From: a virus
Taxonomy: Duplodnaviria > Caudoviricetes
IMG/VR virus record: IMGVR_UViG_3300042525_000250
Span: 1 to 53,048 of that record
Length of the DNA: 53,048 bases
Reading direction: 5' to 3' (one strand)
Shown: one piece after another, positions 27,237-38,322 of the stretch
Layout of the letters: each line of letters opens with the position of its first letter
Position numbering within the stretch: position 1 is the stretch's first letter
Notes under the pieces: generated by a model
Told to the model about the DNA's origin: nothing
Seen by the model: the letters and a program-made list of their open reading frames with translations, nothing else
Databases searched by the model: none
Made by a program: the position numbers and the translations under genes

Positions 27237-30026
27237 ATGAACAGGATAGATTTTTTAAAGACAGTGTTAGCAAAAGGCGGTATGTATTGCGCTGTAGGTA
27301 TAATAAATAAGAAAGTTAACCAAGTATTTTTTAATACGATGGAAGAGTTAACACAATGGTCAGACGTTCAAACCTTAGCTGGCGTAAATGTTTTCTTTGC
27401 AGTAGCTACCTATCACACAGCTATTAGTAGAAGTGCTAAAAATACTAAGCTGTTTAAATCTTTATGGCTTGATTTAGATATAGGTAAAGGAACTGCGTAT
27501 GAATCGCAGGTTACAGGTATCGCGGCACTTAAAAATTTTTGTGTTGCGGCTTCCCTTCCCAAACCAACCATAGTGTCATCAGGATATGGGTTGCACGTTT
27601 ACTGGGCGTTTAAAGAAGAAGTTGATTATAACGAATGGAAACCCTTAGCTACCGCATTAGCGGATAAGATAACAGCCGAGAATTTTAATGTTAAAGATTT
27701 AGGTGTAACAACAGACGGTGCTCGTATCTTGCGTGTACCTAACACAAAAAACTATAAGTATAGTGATGCAGTAAATGTTGAAATAATAACGCTTTCTGCG
27801 CCTACACCTATACAAACTTTAAAAGACATACTGTCTCCAAAAGATACATTAACCCCCTTAGCTAAAGCAGAGCTTGCCGCTTCTAATGTAACGCTCAACG
27901 ATACAACTCGTGCACTGCTAGGAAACATTATCTACAAGTTCTCACGGGTTATGCATAAAAGCCTTAGTAATAACGGCTGTGCGCAGATGGCTCATATATA
28001 CCTAAACCAAAACGATATCCCAGAACCTCTTTGGAGAGCGGGGCTTTCTATTGCTCAGTTCTGTGTAGATAAAGAAACAGCAATACATAAGATATCTCAA
28101 GCACACGATGAGTATTGCCCTGCTGAGACTGAAAGAAAAGCATGGCTTATTAAAGGTCCGCATCTATGTGAAACATTTAATCACATCAACCCCGATATGT
28201 GCGTGGGGTGTAAACACGCTGGGGTTATAACAACGCCCTTAATGCTAGGTAGAGATATACTAGAAGCTTCACCCTCAGATAATATTGTTACGGCAGAGAG
28301 TAAAGAGCTTGGCACAATCGACATAGAGATACCTCAATACCCATACCCATACACAAGAGGACCCAATGGTGGTGTATATGTTAAGAGCGTACTTGACTCT
28401 GGTGATGGTGAAGAGACTGATAAAGTATTAGTCTATGAAAACGATTTTTATGTAGTAGGCAGACGCAATGACCCAAACGATGGTGAAGTGTTGCATATGC
28501 GTCTTATTAGACCCTATGACGGTGTAAGTGATTTTATCGCTCCTCTTGCAACTGTAACAGCGGGAGACAAATGCCGTGAGTTCCTATCCCATCGAGGGGT
28601 CGCCGCTCATGCAACTCAAATGAAACTAATTATGGCATACCTAGTAGCGTGGACTAAACATTTGCAAAATACAACTAAGGCAGAGCAGGTTAGAGTACAG
28701 TTTGGCTGGACACCCGATGACGCGGCATTTGTTATTGGTTCAAGAGAGTTTGTGAAAGGTGCATCTCCTAAGTTCAGCCCTCCTTCAGCAACAACGCAGG
28801 AGGTAGTTAAGAAGTACAATAAAGAAGGTTCTATTGATGAATGGTCTAGAATTGTCAACACTTATGCTCTTCCTGGAAATGAGGTACGTGCCTTCGGTTT
28901 GTTTTTGAGTTTAGGTGCTCCGATGTTTAAGTTCTTCTCTTTAGGTGGGGCTATTTTGCATCTGACTAACGCATCATCTGGTGTGGGTAAAACAACTGTA
29001 CAGTATGTAGCAAGTAGTGTGTGGGGGCATCCTAAAGACACGGTGCTTACCAATGAAGATAAGCTATTAGCTAAATACCACCGTATGGGGGTTATTCAAA
29101 ATCTTATTCTATGCATTGACGAGGTGACCAACTTACCGCCTGATGAAGTGAGTGATTTGGCATTTGGTATTACCAATGGTCGAGGTAGAAACCGTATGAG
29201 TTCTTCGGCTAACGTAGAGCGAGTTAATAACACTACATGGTCGATGCCTTGCATTACATCTGGTAACAACAGTTTGCATGAGGTGCTTCAGTCCCATAAG
29301 GCTGACCCAGAAGGCGAGGTACTTCGTATCTTAGAGCTTGAGGTAGTACGTGCAGACTATATGACTAAACAAGATACTGACCAGTTATTCAGTAGAGACC
29401 TATTTAAAAATTATGGGTTTGCTGGAGATGTTATTGCACAGGCTATTTTAGACAACCTAGACTTATCAATTAAAGACTTGTTTGCTATCCAACGTGATTT
29501 TGATACTAGAGCTAACCTATCTCAAAGAGACCGATATTATTCTGCACTTATTGCAACGGCTATATTTGGCGGCAAACTTGCAAATGAGCTGGGTATTATT
29601 AACATTCCCGTTGAGCCTGTCATAGATTATCTAGTTAAAAAGATAGGACATAAGGCTACCGTTATAAAAGTACAGGAAGATAAAGCATCAGCTAATTTAG
29701 GTTTGTTTATGTCAGAGCATATGCAAAACCAACTTGTGATAAATAATAAAATACCTGTCATACCAGGAGTACTGGGCGTACCTATTGAAACCCCTCGCGG
29801 CGCACTAGTAATACGCAGAGAACCAGACACTAATAGAGCGTATATTATCTCGTCAGTAATTAAAGCATGGTGTGCAAAGAAGCAAATATCCTATAAATGT
29901 ATGGTAGCTGACCTAAAGAAAATAGGTATCTTAGTAGATACAACTAAGGTTAGGATGTCGGCTGGGACAGTGCAGGATAGCCCTGCTGTTATGGCACTCG
30001 TCTTGGATACTACTCAAATGGGATAA
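27237..30026 (+). CDS. Primase (RepB/AEP-like) - DUF927 helicase fusion
   Basis: WLDLD, SGYGLHVYW, RILRVP primase motifs; Cys cluster; SGVGKTT Walker A; IDE Walker B. Confidence 0.88.
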   Translation: MNRIDFLKTVLAKGGMYCAVGIINKKVNQVFFNTMEELTQWSDVQTLAGVNVFFAVATYHTAISRSAKNTKLFKSLWLDLDIGKGTAYESQVTGIAALKNFCVAASLPKPTIVSSGYGLHVYWAFKEEVDYNEWKPLATALADKITAENFNVKDLGVTTDGARILRVPNTKNYKYSDAVNVEIITLSAPTPIQTLKDILSPKDTLTPLAKAELAASNVTLNDTTRALLGNIIYKFSRVMHKSLSNNGCAQMAHIYLNQNDIPEPLWRAGLSIAQFCVDKETAIHKISQAHDEYCPAETERKAWLIKGPHLCETFNHINPDMCVGCKHAGVITTPLMLGRDILEASPSDNIVTAESKELGTIDIEIPQYPYPYTRGPNGGVYVKSVLDSGDGEETDKVLVYENDFYVVGRRNDPNDGEVLHMRLIRPYDGVSDFIAPLATVTAGDKCREFLSHRGVAAHATQMKLIMAYLVAWTKHLQNTTKAEQVRVQFGWTPDDAAFVIGSREFVKGASPKFSPPSATTQEVVKKYNKEGSIDEWSRIVNTYALPGNEVRAFGLFLSLGAPMFKFFSLGGAILHLTNASSGVGKTTVQYVASSVWGHPKDTVLTNEDKLLAKYHRMGVIQNLILCIDEVTNLPPDEVSDLAFGITNGRGRNRMSSSANVERVNNTTWSMPCITSGNNSLHEVLQSHKADPEGEVLRILELEVVRADYMTKQDTDQLFSRDLFKNYGFAGDVIAQAILDNLDLSIKDLFAIQRDFDTRANLSQRDRYYSALIATAIFGGKLANELGIINIPVEPVIDYLVKKIGHKATVIKVQEDKASANLGLFMSEHMQNQLVINNKIPVIPGVLGVPIETPRGALVIRREPDTNRAYIISSVIKAWCAKKQISYKCMVADLKKIGILVDTTKVRMSAGTVQDSPAVMALVLDTTQMG

Positions 30027-30055
30027 AAAAGGGGGCTTAACGCCCCCTCTCTTTT
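30025..30055. terminator. Bidirectional terminator between the convergent arms
   Basis: A6-GGGGGC-ttaac-GCCCCC-TCTCTTTT. Confidence 0.85.
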
Positions 30056-33000
30056 ATGGATGAACTCTATTGTATAAGGCTTTAGATTTACGTTCTAAGT
30101 TGAGGATGCGCTCTTCAATGCTATCGAGCTGTGTACGTTTATCAGCAGGAGACATAGAGTCGTTAGGTATAGCCATAATAATACGCTTCTTACGGTTTAA
30201 CGCATCTACCTTTGTGATGATATGGTTTAGCGCAGTGTGTGCGCCTTTGTTTAACATATCTCTATTCTCTTCTTTATACGCTCTAGCTTCCTCAAAGCGT
30301 TTCTCACCTTTAAGCATATTGTATGACCTAAAGGCTTTCTCTTGCTCTTCGCGGAGTTTATAGAAGACGTCTTGTGACTCATCAGAGTGAGCTTTCCCTA
30401 GTAGTGACGGCATTCCAGGAATACTTCTAAACGCATCAGCCCCAGACTTATCAGCATAAGGGATGTCCATACCTTGTCTAAGCCCATAGTCAATAGTTGC
30501 AAGTGCGGCTGCCCCTGTATACCCAGCAAACCCCTTAATGAGATGGTCGGCACTGATAGGAGATATAAACCCAGTCTTACCTAAAAGTTTAGAAAATTCT
30601 GATGTATCGCTTTTATACTGATACTCTTTATCTGCGCCCACTAGTCGTTGAGGTACTACGCTTCTACCTGTGAAGAAGTCATGGTTAATAGACACTTCAA
30701 GGATAGGTTTAATAATAGTAGGCCCAACAGGCGCATTCATAAACGCCGCTACCACTGCAGCCTTCATTGCCTCTTTAGCTAACTCAGGATTTTCTGTGCC
30801 CTCATTCATTAAGTAAGTATATGCATGGTTACCCGTTACAAAAGGCAGTGCAAACACGTCAGCACGAATAGGTAGGGTGATATTAGATTTAACGCCCAGT
30901 GCTCTTAATGGGAAGATGTGAGTATCCTTCTCTCTTGAGTCTTTATTTTTAAACTCATCGTCATCATCACCGTGGTCGGCTAAAGCGTTGTATAACCACA
31001 ACATCGCCATCATCTGAATAGTAGTACCAGCCATAGTAGCTAGAGCTGCTTTTCTTTCTGAAGGTGCAATCCCTCTCCCAGATATTGCATTGTACGCCGC
31101 GCGGTTAGCTTGGATGTATGCACCTAAGAAAGGAGTAATTTGTCTAATAGAATCGAGTCCAGCACTTGCACCGCGTCTACGGAAGTTAATCACCTCAAAG
31201 GCTCTTTCTTGCGCTATAGCTTCAGCTTCGGGTCTACCCTTCATCTCTTTCATAGTGCGGTTATAGATTGCTTGGCGAACGGCGTTATCACCAGCCATAG
31301 CAAAATGCTCTGCCATATCTTTAATCTTACCAAAGGCACTCTGCTTTCCAGCATGATGCCCACCATACGCAAGGTCATGGATACTCACACCGAACTGGTC
31401 TGCAAAATCTTTTTGTCCCACTGCACCGATACGTTTAAGTCTTTCATGGGCTTTAGTTGTACTAAATGCTGTACCGACAAATTCTTTTAAGACTTCAAAA
31501 GGTAGCATTAGAGGACGCTTTACACCTGATGTGTACATCGCTGTGTACGTATCTTGAGGTAGCTGAGAAAGAGTAAACAGTGGATTATATACGATACAGT
31601 TACGCAAGAACGTAGCCAGCTTAACACCCATACTTAATGCACTACGTGGCACAGGAGATACACCGTTGAAAGCAAATCGCATAATAGGGTCTTCAAACTT
31701 CCAATACTCTTTTACACCATTGCGATAACATACAACAGCAGTAGGACCATTTTTATCTAACTCAGTAACAGAACCTTGAGGCAGTACATCCTCTGCAACA
31801 TCAACAAGCTCTCTAGACTTATCTGCTCTAATAGCTTTTACATAACTATTAACAACCCATTTCTCCATGTTAAGGATAATGTCATCTACTTCACGAGTTT
31901 TAGACCCTTTTATTCCAGGCTCTGCTTGCCCTGCCATGAGACTACCTGACTTACGGAAGTTACCCGTTGCCATCTGAGCATACATCTCATCAGGGTCTTG
32001 AACATCCATAATACGGTTAAAGGGCACATAAGCCACAGCATCCATATAGTTAGAGGCTTGCTCTGGTGAATACCTACCTGATGCAACAAGCGTATCAATT
32101 ACATTTTTTCTAACTCTATGCCACATCTCCATAGGCTCTCTAAACTCAGGCATAGAATTAAATGCAGCTAGATGAGTTGCTACTTCAGCCTTTGACATAT
32201 GCAGGTTTTTGGCTAGGTCTAATATTTTTCTAGCCTTTCTTAAATATGCGTGGCGAGCAGGACCGCTTATAGTTTGAGCTGTGGCTTTAATGTTATCTGC
32301 CGCTCTATATATCTCATCAATACGAGCCGCTACCATGAACTCCCCAAAGTGTTTTGAAGTTTCTTCAAAAGTCTCACCGTATTTAGTTGCAATATCACTA
32401 ATTAGCTGACGGATTCTAGGCATATTATCTGCACTATCTACGCCTTCCCACATATGAGTAGCAGAGCTTTTCTTCATACCACCTCTAAGTGCTGCCTCAC
32501 CCGCCGTTGATGTACTATGCATGGTTTGAGACTGTGATACTCGCATTAGGAAATCACGCATTTGGTCCCATGTAATCTGAGACCCTTTAACCATCTTAGT
32601 TAATTGATTTCTAAGTGTGTTGATATACCGCGCATCATAACTACTTATGCTAGTTTCTATTATATCTGCGGTTTTTTGTATGTTCTCTCCTATAGTAAGA
32701 GGAGCATTAGCCGCAGGTTTTGGATGTCCTTGCTTTCTAGCTTCTGTTGCCGCTTGAGATGCTTGTCCTTGTGGAGTAAATGAAAACGCTGTACCTTCTC
32801 TCGGTGCACGAGTAGCTGTTTGTGACTCTCTACGCAGTGCTTTAGCTGCAAGATGGTGGATATCTGACTCGGTGATACTAAGTCTTGCACCAAATGTGGT
32901 GCGTACCCAGTTTTTAACCGCTGATATCGCACGTTTTACAATAGGTAGGTTAGGCGCGTTCTCAACTAGGTATGCTAAGGTTTCTTCACCTTTTAAGTGT

Positions 33001-35423
33001 TCTGGCGTATTCTCAGGAACAGCTTGTCTTGCACGGTCAAACGCTTCACCTTTAGTAGTCAGAGCTTGAGAGGTTAAATCCCCCCAGACTTTATCGCCCA
33101 CCATACCTCGCATACCAACGTGTACACCCACTTCATGCATCGCTACTTTAGGTAGCGTCTCTGGGGTAAGCTTGCTGGCAACTAAATGCACCTCACCTTG
33201 AGGTGTGGTAAGCCCTTGTACTCTTTCTGGATGTCTTCCACCAGGTAATGTATCTGCCGTATCATGCAAAGTGAGCTTACCGCTCTCAACAAGGCGTTTC
33301 ATCTCAGGTGTAAGATGAGGTTGCAGTGACTCTACAGTATGGTTTGTGTTTACTCCTTCTGGTGCAACAGATAATCTAGGTAATGTTTTCTTTTCTGTAC
33401 GCAGTGCTCTAATCTTATCAGATAGCTCTTTTTGTTCATCGGGGTCTAAGCTTTCTTCTTTTTGAAAGTTTAATGCGGAAATCTCTTCATCTACATCTAG
33501 CTGAGTACGTCCAGTATAAGCCTCTTGCTCTGGCGTTTTTTCTGATGATTTCTGCCGTATGTTTAAAAATGCATCAAAGAGAGCCTGCTCTTTTTCATCT
33601 GCAGATTGTTGTTCTTGAAAATCATTAGCTACGACAGTTCGACCTACTTCAGGTGCAGGCGTAGGCGTTTCTTCCTCTACTTCAGGCGGTGGAGAAGGCG
33701 GTGGTGTATTATCTTCTTCTGATTTTTGCTGTGCATCTCTCTTTGCTTGTCTATCTTTTGCTTCTTGGTCTGTACCAAAAATAGCATCCATAAGGCTTTG
33801 GTCTTCGCCATCCGAGATTCCTTCTTCCTCTACTACAGGCGGTGGAGGAGGTGGGGGTGGAGGTGTATTATCTTCTTCCTCTTCCTCTTGTTCATCTACT
33901 ACTGGAGTAGTTTCTACTATAGGTGCAGCTTTGGCTTTCTTAGGTTTAAGAAGCTCTGGAGGGAGTTTTAAAGTTGTTGCTTCTTTTAAAGGTACGTTCT
34001 CTTTAGTCCACGTTCTACCATCTTTATGTGTATATGTTGCATTGTAAAGAGCTGTGCCATCTTCGTGCGTGCCTACCTGCTCATAGGTAGCAGATATAGT
34101 TTTATTCTTTACCGTACCTTTACTTTCAGGTGAAGGGGGTACCTCGTCCTCTTCTTCATTTTCTGGTGGAGGAGGTGGGGGTGGAGTTTCGTCTGTTGTT
34201 TCTTCTATACCTGCTTGAGCCTTTGCATTTGATATAAATGCATTCCATGCATCGTTATTGAACTCTGCGGGCAGACCGTGTCTACCTTGGATGTTTTCTC
34301 TTTTAGAGATAATACCTTCAGCCTCTGCGATACCTTCTGGCGTAGAGTAGTCAATCTTAGTTAGAGATTCAAAAAGCTTACGATGCTCATTCCTAGAAAT
34401 ACCTACATTCTTAAGCTCACGAGATACATTTAAAGGCCCACTAACTTCTTCTTGAGCAGGCTGGTCTTCTGGTTTAACAGCTTCTTCTGGTTTTGCAGTA
34501 GGCATAGCTGCGCTAATGCCTTTAATACCGCCACCGCCAATAGCACCTAACGCTGCACTGACTTCTCTTTCTTGAGCTGCTTCTGGAGTAGATACATCTT
34601 GGTTACCACCTACTTGCTCTAGTCCCGTTTGTGCATACTCTGTTGCACCTTCAGCTCCTGCACCGATGCCTCCTTGCTTAACTATTTTTAAAGCAGTATC
34701 AAGAGCACCGCCTTTTATAGGCGCAGCACCTTCCATAAGAGCTGCACCCGTTTCACGAACCTCTGCATTTACGGCACTGCGTAGAGAGGATGGGAGAAGT
34801 CTAGAACCGCCCAGTAACAATTTATCTGTAAGTGCATCCATCGCCGCAGCTGGCATGGCTGTGAGTAAAGCTTTGGGGATGTCTTCTTTCCCACCTTCAT
34901 GTTGCTTACCACGCATCTCAGTATATTCTTGCATATAAGAAGGGAAAAAAAGACCTAACGCCCCACCAATAACTGCACCAATAGCTGTACCAGCACCGGG
35001 AACAACAGAACCTATTGCAGCACCTGCTTCCGCTCCAGCCCACGAACTTGCAAGTGATACGGGTAGTTGAGGCAGTACGTTACCAGCAGCTGCTTCTAAG
35101 GCATCAATTGGATGCTCACCGATATCTTTTACTGAACTGATAGAACTTGGGTTTTCTTTCTGCACCTGCTCTGCTTGCTCACGTACCCGTTTACCATAGC
35201 CAGATATCCCTTCTGACCCTACTGCATTACCGATATCTTCAAGCGGCTGCCCTAAAAAAGCATTAGCCATATGAGCCGTAGTAGACCTAGCAGTATTACC
35301 AAACTCACTACCTTTTTCTTTAGGCGGAAGAATATCTTTCTCTATAACCTGAATAATTTCTTCATGAGACATATCATCTGGAAATTCTACATTTCCAACA
35401 CCAGTGACTTCTACGACTTGCAT
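30054..35423 (-). CDS. Large internal virion/ejection (polyvalent) protein with zincin-like HExxxH and LPD38-like C-terminus
   Basis: 1789 aa; MHEVGVHVG, YVPFNR, INF.RRG...PFLGA and N.DFFTG..VVP motifs; poly-P/poly-E linkers. Confidence 0.7.
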   Translation of the reverse strand: MQVVEVTGVGNVEFPDDMSHEEIIQVIEKDILPPKEKGSEFGNTARSTTAHMANAFLGQPLEDIGNAVGSEGISGYGKRVREQAEQVQKENPSSISSVKDIGEHPIDALEAAAGNVLPQLPVSLASSWAGAEAGAAIGSVVPGAGTAIGAVIGGALGLFFPSYMQEYTEMRGKQHEGGKEDIPKALLTAMPAAAMDALTDKLLLGGSRLLPSSLRSAVNAEVRETGAALMEGAAPIKGGALDTALKIVKQGGIGAGAEGATEYAQTGLEQVGGNQDVSTPEAAQEREVSAALGAIGGGGIKGISAAMPTAKPEEAVKPEDQPAQEEVSGPLNVSRELKNVGISRNEHRKLFESLTKIDYSTPEGIAEAEGIISKRENIQGRHGLPAEFNNDAWNAFISNAKAQAGIEETTDETPPPPPPPENEEEDEVPPSPESKGTVKNKTISATYEQVGTHEDGTALYNATYTHKDGRTWTKENVPLKEATTLKLPPELLKPKKAKAAPIVETTPVVDEQEEEEEDNTPPPPPPPPPVVEEEGISDGEDQSLMDAIFGTDQEAKDRQAKRDAQQKSEEDNTPPPSPPPEVEEETPTPAPEVGRTVVANDFQEQQSADEKEQALFDAFLNIRQKSSEKTPEQEAYTGRTQLDVDEEISALNFQKEESLDPDEQKELSDKIRALRTEKKTLPRLSVAPEGVNTNHTVESLQPHLTPEMKRLVESGKLTLHDTADTLPGGRHPERVQGLTTPQGEVHLVASKLTPETLPKVAMHEVGVHVGMRGMVGDKVWGDLTSQALTTKGEAFDRARQAVPENTPEHLKGEETLAYLVENAPNLPIVKRAISAVKNWVRTTFGARLSITESDIHHLAAKALRRESQTATRAPREGTAFSFTPQGQASQAATEARKQGHPKPAANAPLTIGENIQKTADIIETSISSYDARYINTLRNQLTKMVKGSQITWDQMRDFLMRVSQSQTMHSTSTAGEAALRGGMKKSSATHMWEGVDSADNMPRIRQLISDIATKYGETFEETSKHFGEFMVAARIDEIYRAADNIKATAQTISGPARHAYLRKARKILDLAKNLHMSKAEVATHLAAFNSMPEFREPMEMWHRVRKNVIDTLVASGRYSPEQASNYMDAVAYVPFNRIMDVQDPDEMYAQMATGNFRKSGSLMAGQAEPGIKGSKTREVDDIILNMEKWVVNSYVKAIRADKSRELVDVAEDVLPQGSVTELDKNGPTAVVCYRNGVKEYWKFEDPIMRFAFNGVSPVPRSALSMGVKLATFLRNCIVYNPLFTLSQLPQDTYTAMYTSGVKRPLMLPFEVLKEFVGTAFSTTKAHERLKRIGAVGQKDFADQFGVSIHDLAYGGHHAGKQSAFGKIKDMAEHFAMAGDNAVRQAIYNRTMKEMKGRPEAEAIAQERAFEVINFRRRGASAGLDSIRQITPFLGAYIQANRAAYNAISGRGIAPSERKAALATMAGTTIQMMAMLWLYNALADHGDDDDEFKNKDSREKDTHIFPLRALGVKSNITLPIRADVFALPFVTGNHAYTYLMNEGTENPELAKEAMKAAVVAAFMNAPVGPTIIKPILEVSINHDFFTGRSVVPQRLVGADKEYQYKSDTSEFSKLLGKTGFISPISADHLIKGFAGYTGAAALATIDYGLRQGMDIPYADKSGADAFRSIPGMPSLLGKAHSDESQDVFYKLREEQEKAFRSYNMLKGEKRFEEARAYKEENRDMLNKGAHTALNHIITKVDALNRKKRIIMAIPNDSMSPADKRTQLDSIEERILNLERKSKALYNRVHP

Positions 35424-35432
35424 ATAGGTTCC

Positions 35433-36716
35433 TTATCGAGTGTATACTAGGTTACCCGTTTTAGGGTTTACAGGTAATTTTAATGCAGGTGCAGGCTCAT
35501 CATCTGCAAAAGGGTTCATACTATGAAACATCTCCCCTACAGCACTACGTTTTTCTACTGGTTTTGCTGGAGGGGTATATGGTGTATACCCTCCACTGTT
35601 GTCTCCATATAATGCAGAAAGCCGACGTATTATTTTAGCCTTCTCACCAGCATAATATTCATCCGCTCCAGGCTTACCTGAATCTTTCTCGGCATCTGCG
35701 TCTATAGATTTAAGTGTAAACTCTAACGCTTTAGCTGTCCTTTCAGCTTCTTTAGTCATCCCACTTGAACCTGCGGCTTTTAATTGCGCAAGTTTTTCTC
35801 TTTCTAAAGATAGATGACCTGATTTATAAGCAGCATCACTTTCAACATTAAGACGGTCAATATCATTCTTCTCTCTATCGATACCGTAGCCCATTGCATT
35901 TTTAGCATGCTCTTCTTTAGCTTTTGCGCCTTCTAATTTTGCCGTGATGTTAGCTGCCCTTCTATGTTCAGCGCTTTCTGTACCGAATTTAATAGCAGCT
36001 AGAGCTTCTGCACGTTGAGAGTCTTCAATTCTACTTCTTAAATCATCAAGTTTATCTGCGCGAGCGGATATTGCTTTCTTAGACTCGCCGTAAGCAGACA
36101 ACCCTTTAGATGCACCTTCACCAATATTAGCAAACGCATTAGGTGAAGTCCCTGACATCGTAGCAAGGCCTGCTTGCATAAGAGCCATCCAAGGCGCTTT
36201 GTCTTCCTCACCTTTAAGTGCCGCTTCTCTAGATGCAATACGCTCTTCCTGCTTTGCAATCGCTGGGTTAGTGCCTATTCTTTTCTTTTGCTGTTCTATA
36301 AGCACATCAGGGTCTATTTCGTTAGGCGCGTAAGAGCCTGCAAATGCACTTTCATCAAACGCTGGGTAGCCCGGCACTAAAGAGCCGTCTGTATCTCCAG
36401 CAAACGCAATAATCCCGCCATGTGCATAATCACTTTCATCAATGCCACTAGGCAAAGAGTCAATCCCACGAGGTTCTGGAGCTTCTTCCACTTGACGAGC
36501 CATGTGCTCTTGCATGACATCATTATGAGCGGCGTCTAGGATTTGCTGTGCTACGGGTGGTTTAGGTGCGCCTTGTTGAAGCGCTTGTTGCTGCGCCATC
36601 GCTTGCTTCTGCGCCATTGCTTTTTGTAGCATGGGGACTACAACATAGTCGGGTACACCGTTTTGGCGAGCTTTAAGTAGCTGGTCAACAGAATACATAG
36701 AAGGGGTATTCATCAT
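35433..36716 (-). CDS. Putative ejection/internal virion protein
   Basis: Coiled-coil rich, YAHGGIIAF motif, position in the module. Confidence 0.6.
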   Translation of the reverse strand: MMNTPSMYSVDQLLKARQNGVPDYVVVPMLQKAMAQKQAMAQQQALQQGAPKPPVAQQILDAAHNDVMQEHMARQVEEAPEPRGIDSLPSGIDESDYAHGGIIAFAGDTDGSLVPGYPAFDESAFAGSYAPNEIDPDVLIEQQKKRIGTNPAIAKQEERIASREAALKGEEDKAPWMALMQAGLATMSGTSPNAFANIGEGASKGLSAYGESKKAISARADKLDDLRSRIEDSQRAEALAAIKFGTESAEHRRAANITAKLEGAKAKEEHAKNAMGYGIDREKNDIDRLNVESDAAYKSGHLSLEREKLAQLKAAGSSGMTKEAERTAKALEFTLKSIDADAEKDSGKPGADEYYAGEKAKIIRRLSALYGDNSGGYTPYTPPAKPVEKRSAVGEMFHSMNPFADDEPAPALKLPVNPKTGNLVYTR

Positions 36717-36717
36717 C

Positions 36718-38322
36718 TTATTTTCCTCCTTTCATCGCGTTATACACCGCTAAGTCACCGATACCACCACTCTTAGCTTTAGGCTCTTTAATGACACCGC
36801 CTTTCTTTTTAAATGCTTGATACGCACCCACACCCGTAGCAGCTAACCCAGCCACTTGAGACAGAGGGCTTGGTGAAGGGGTATACCCTGTCATACTACC
36901 AGTTTGTACACCGTTAAGTACGTTACCAATATTACCCATGATTTCCCAAGGATATTTCTGTTGATAGTCGTTGTAACTAATAGCATTATTAATAGCTTGT
37001 TGACCAAGCGCTTGCTGCTGCGCACCAAATTGGTTTTGTAGTCCAGCAATAGATTGTTGTTGTGCTAACTGCTGATTACCGATACTAGCTAGTTGTTGCC
37101 CTGCTGTACCTGCCATACCATACCCAGACTGTGCTGCACCGACACCTGACAGACCAACACCCGCACCTTGCATCGCTTGTGCTTGTCCAGATAACCCAGT
37201 TTGAGCGCCAGATAGACCATACTGCCCTGCGCCTGTAGCCGTAGTGACGCCTTGAAGTCCTGTTTGGGCACCTTGAATACCTGTGTTGTACCCTTGAAGA
37301 CCAAGCTGTGAGCCCTGCAAAATATTACCTTGGGCTGTATCGTAGGCTGATTTATAGCCTTGACCGATGAGGTTTGCTTGCGCTAATTGATTAGACTGGT
37401 CGTTAAGGTTATTTTGCACCATCTGACGACTACCGCCATACGCCCCAGCTTGCGCTGCTTGTGAATTAGATTTCTGGTTAGCGATAGCATTCTGTTGGTC
37501 CATCAACGCAAGTTGAGGTTTCAGTGACGCTTCCAGATAAGGGTTCATGTAGGCGTTAACTGTCCCTGCATTAGTAGCTTTATTCTCGTAAGACTGACCA
37601 ATCCCTGCTCCAGCCGCGCCCATCACAGCACCAAGACCGCCGTAGTTCTGTGCACTATTACCTAGAATATTCGCATTCTGAGCCGCTGTATCAGCCGCCG
37701 CATTCCCTAATTGCGCCGAGTTAAGACCCGCTTGGTATCCTGCACCACCATAGTCAAGGGCAGACGTTGCTGTATTAAGTCCCCCTGTCGCAGCGATATT
37801 AGATAAATCAGCCGCTGTTTGATTTTGCTCAGGTAGACCCATTTGAGCCGCAGCAGAGTAAGACATATTCTGCAAAGCTGTTGCCGGCGCTACCATTCTG
37901 TTAGGGTCAAACTCCCCAGCATCATTTAGCATATACTCAGAAGGCTGGTAAGCGGTAATGCCTGTAGGATTAATTTTAGCAGACCCAAAACCGCCAGAAG
38001 AGTCTAAAATACCTAGACTTTTAAGGTCTGCTGTGGTTACGTTACCGCCAGACCCATACCCTTTCACTTCACCGCCATTTGCATAATTAGATGTTTGAGG
38101 TTTCCAATCTTCTGCCATTTTAGGCGCAGGTTTTCCAGGATTGTCCGCAGAGGTAAACCCTTGTTTCATCATAGAATTTAAAAGCACTTCATAATAAGGT
38201 TTTAACTCAGTTGGAATATTACGCTGTTGCACAGTTGTGTTCTGACCGCCCCCGCTTCCGCCACCATAGAATGTCGGTACGATATAGGTTGTGAAATACT
38301 TTTTAAAACTTTTAATAATCAT
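36718..38322 (-). CDS. Putative DNA-transfer (pilot-like) protein
   Basis: Q/G/A-rich; YMNPY and AGAYGGSRQ motifs. Confidence 0.65.
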   Translation of the reverse strand: MIIKSFKKYFTTYIVPTFYGGGSGGGQNTTVQQRNIPTELKPYYEVLLNSMMKQGFTSADNPGKPAPKMAEDWKPQTSNYANGGEVKGYGSGGNVTTADLKSLGILDSSGGFGSAKINPTGITAYQPSEYMLNDAGEFDPNRMVAPATALQNMSYSAAAQMGLPEQNQTAADLSNIAATGGLNTATSALDYGGAGYQAGLNSAQLGNAAADTAAQNANILGNSAQNYGGLGAVMGAAGAGIGQSYENKATNAGTVNAYMNPYLEASLKPQLALMDQQNAIANQKSNSQAAQAGAYGGSRQMVQNNLNDQSNQLAQANLIGQGYKSAYDTAQGNILQGSQLGLQGYNTGIQGAQTGLQGVTTATGAGQYGLSGAQTGLSGQAQAMQGAGVGLSGVGAAQSGYGMAGTAGQQLASIGNQQLAQQQSIAGLQNQFGAQQQALGQQAINNAISYNDYQQKYPWEIMGNIGNVLNGVQTGSMTGYTPSPSPLSQVAGLAATGVGAYQAFKKKGGVIKEPKAKSGGIGDLAVYNAMKGGK

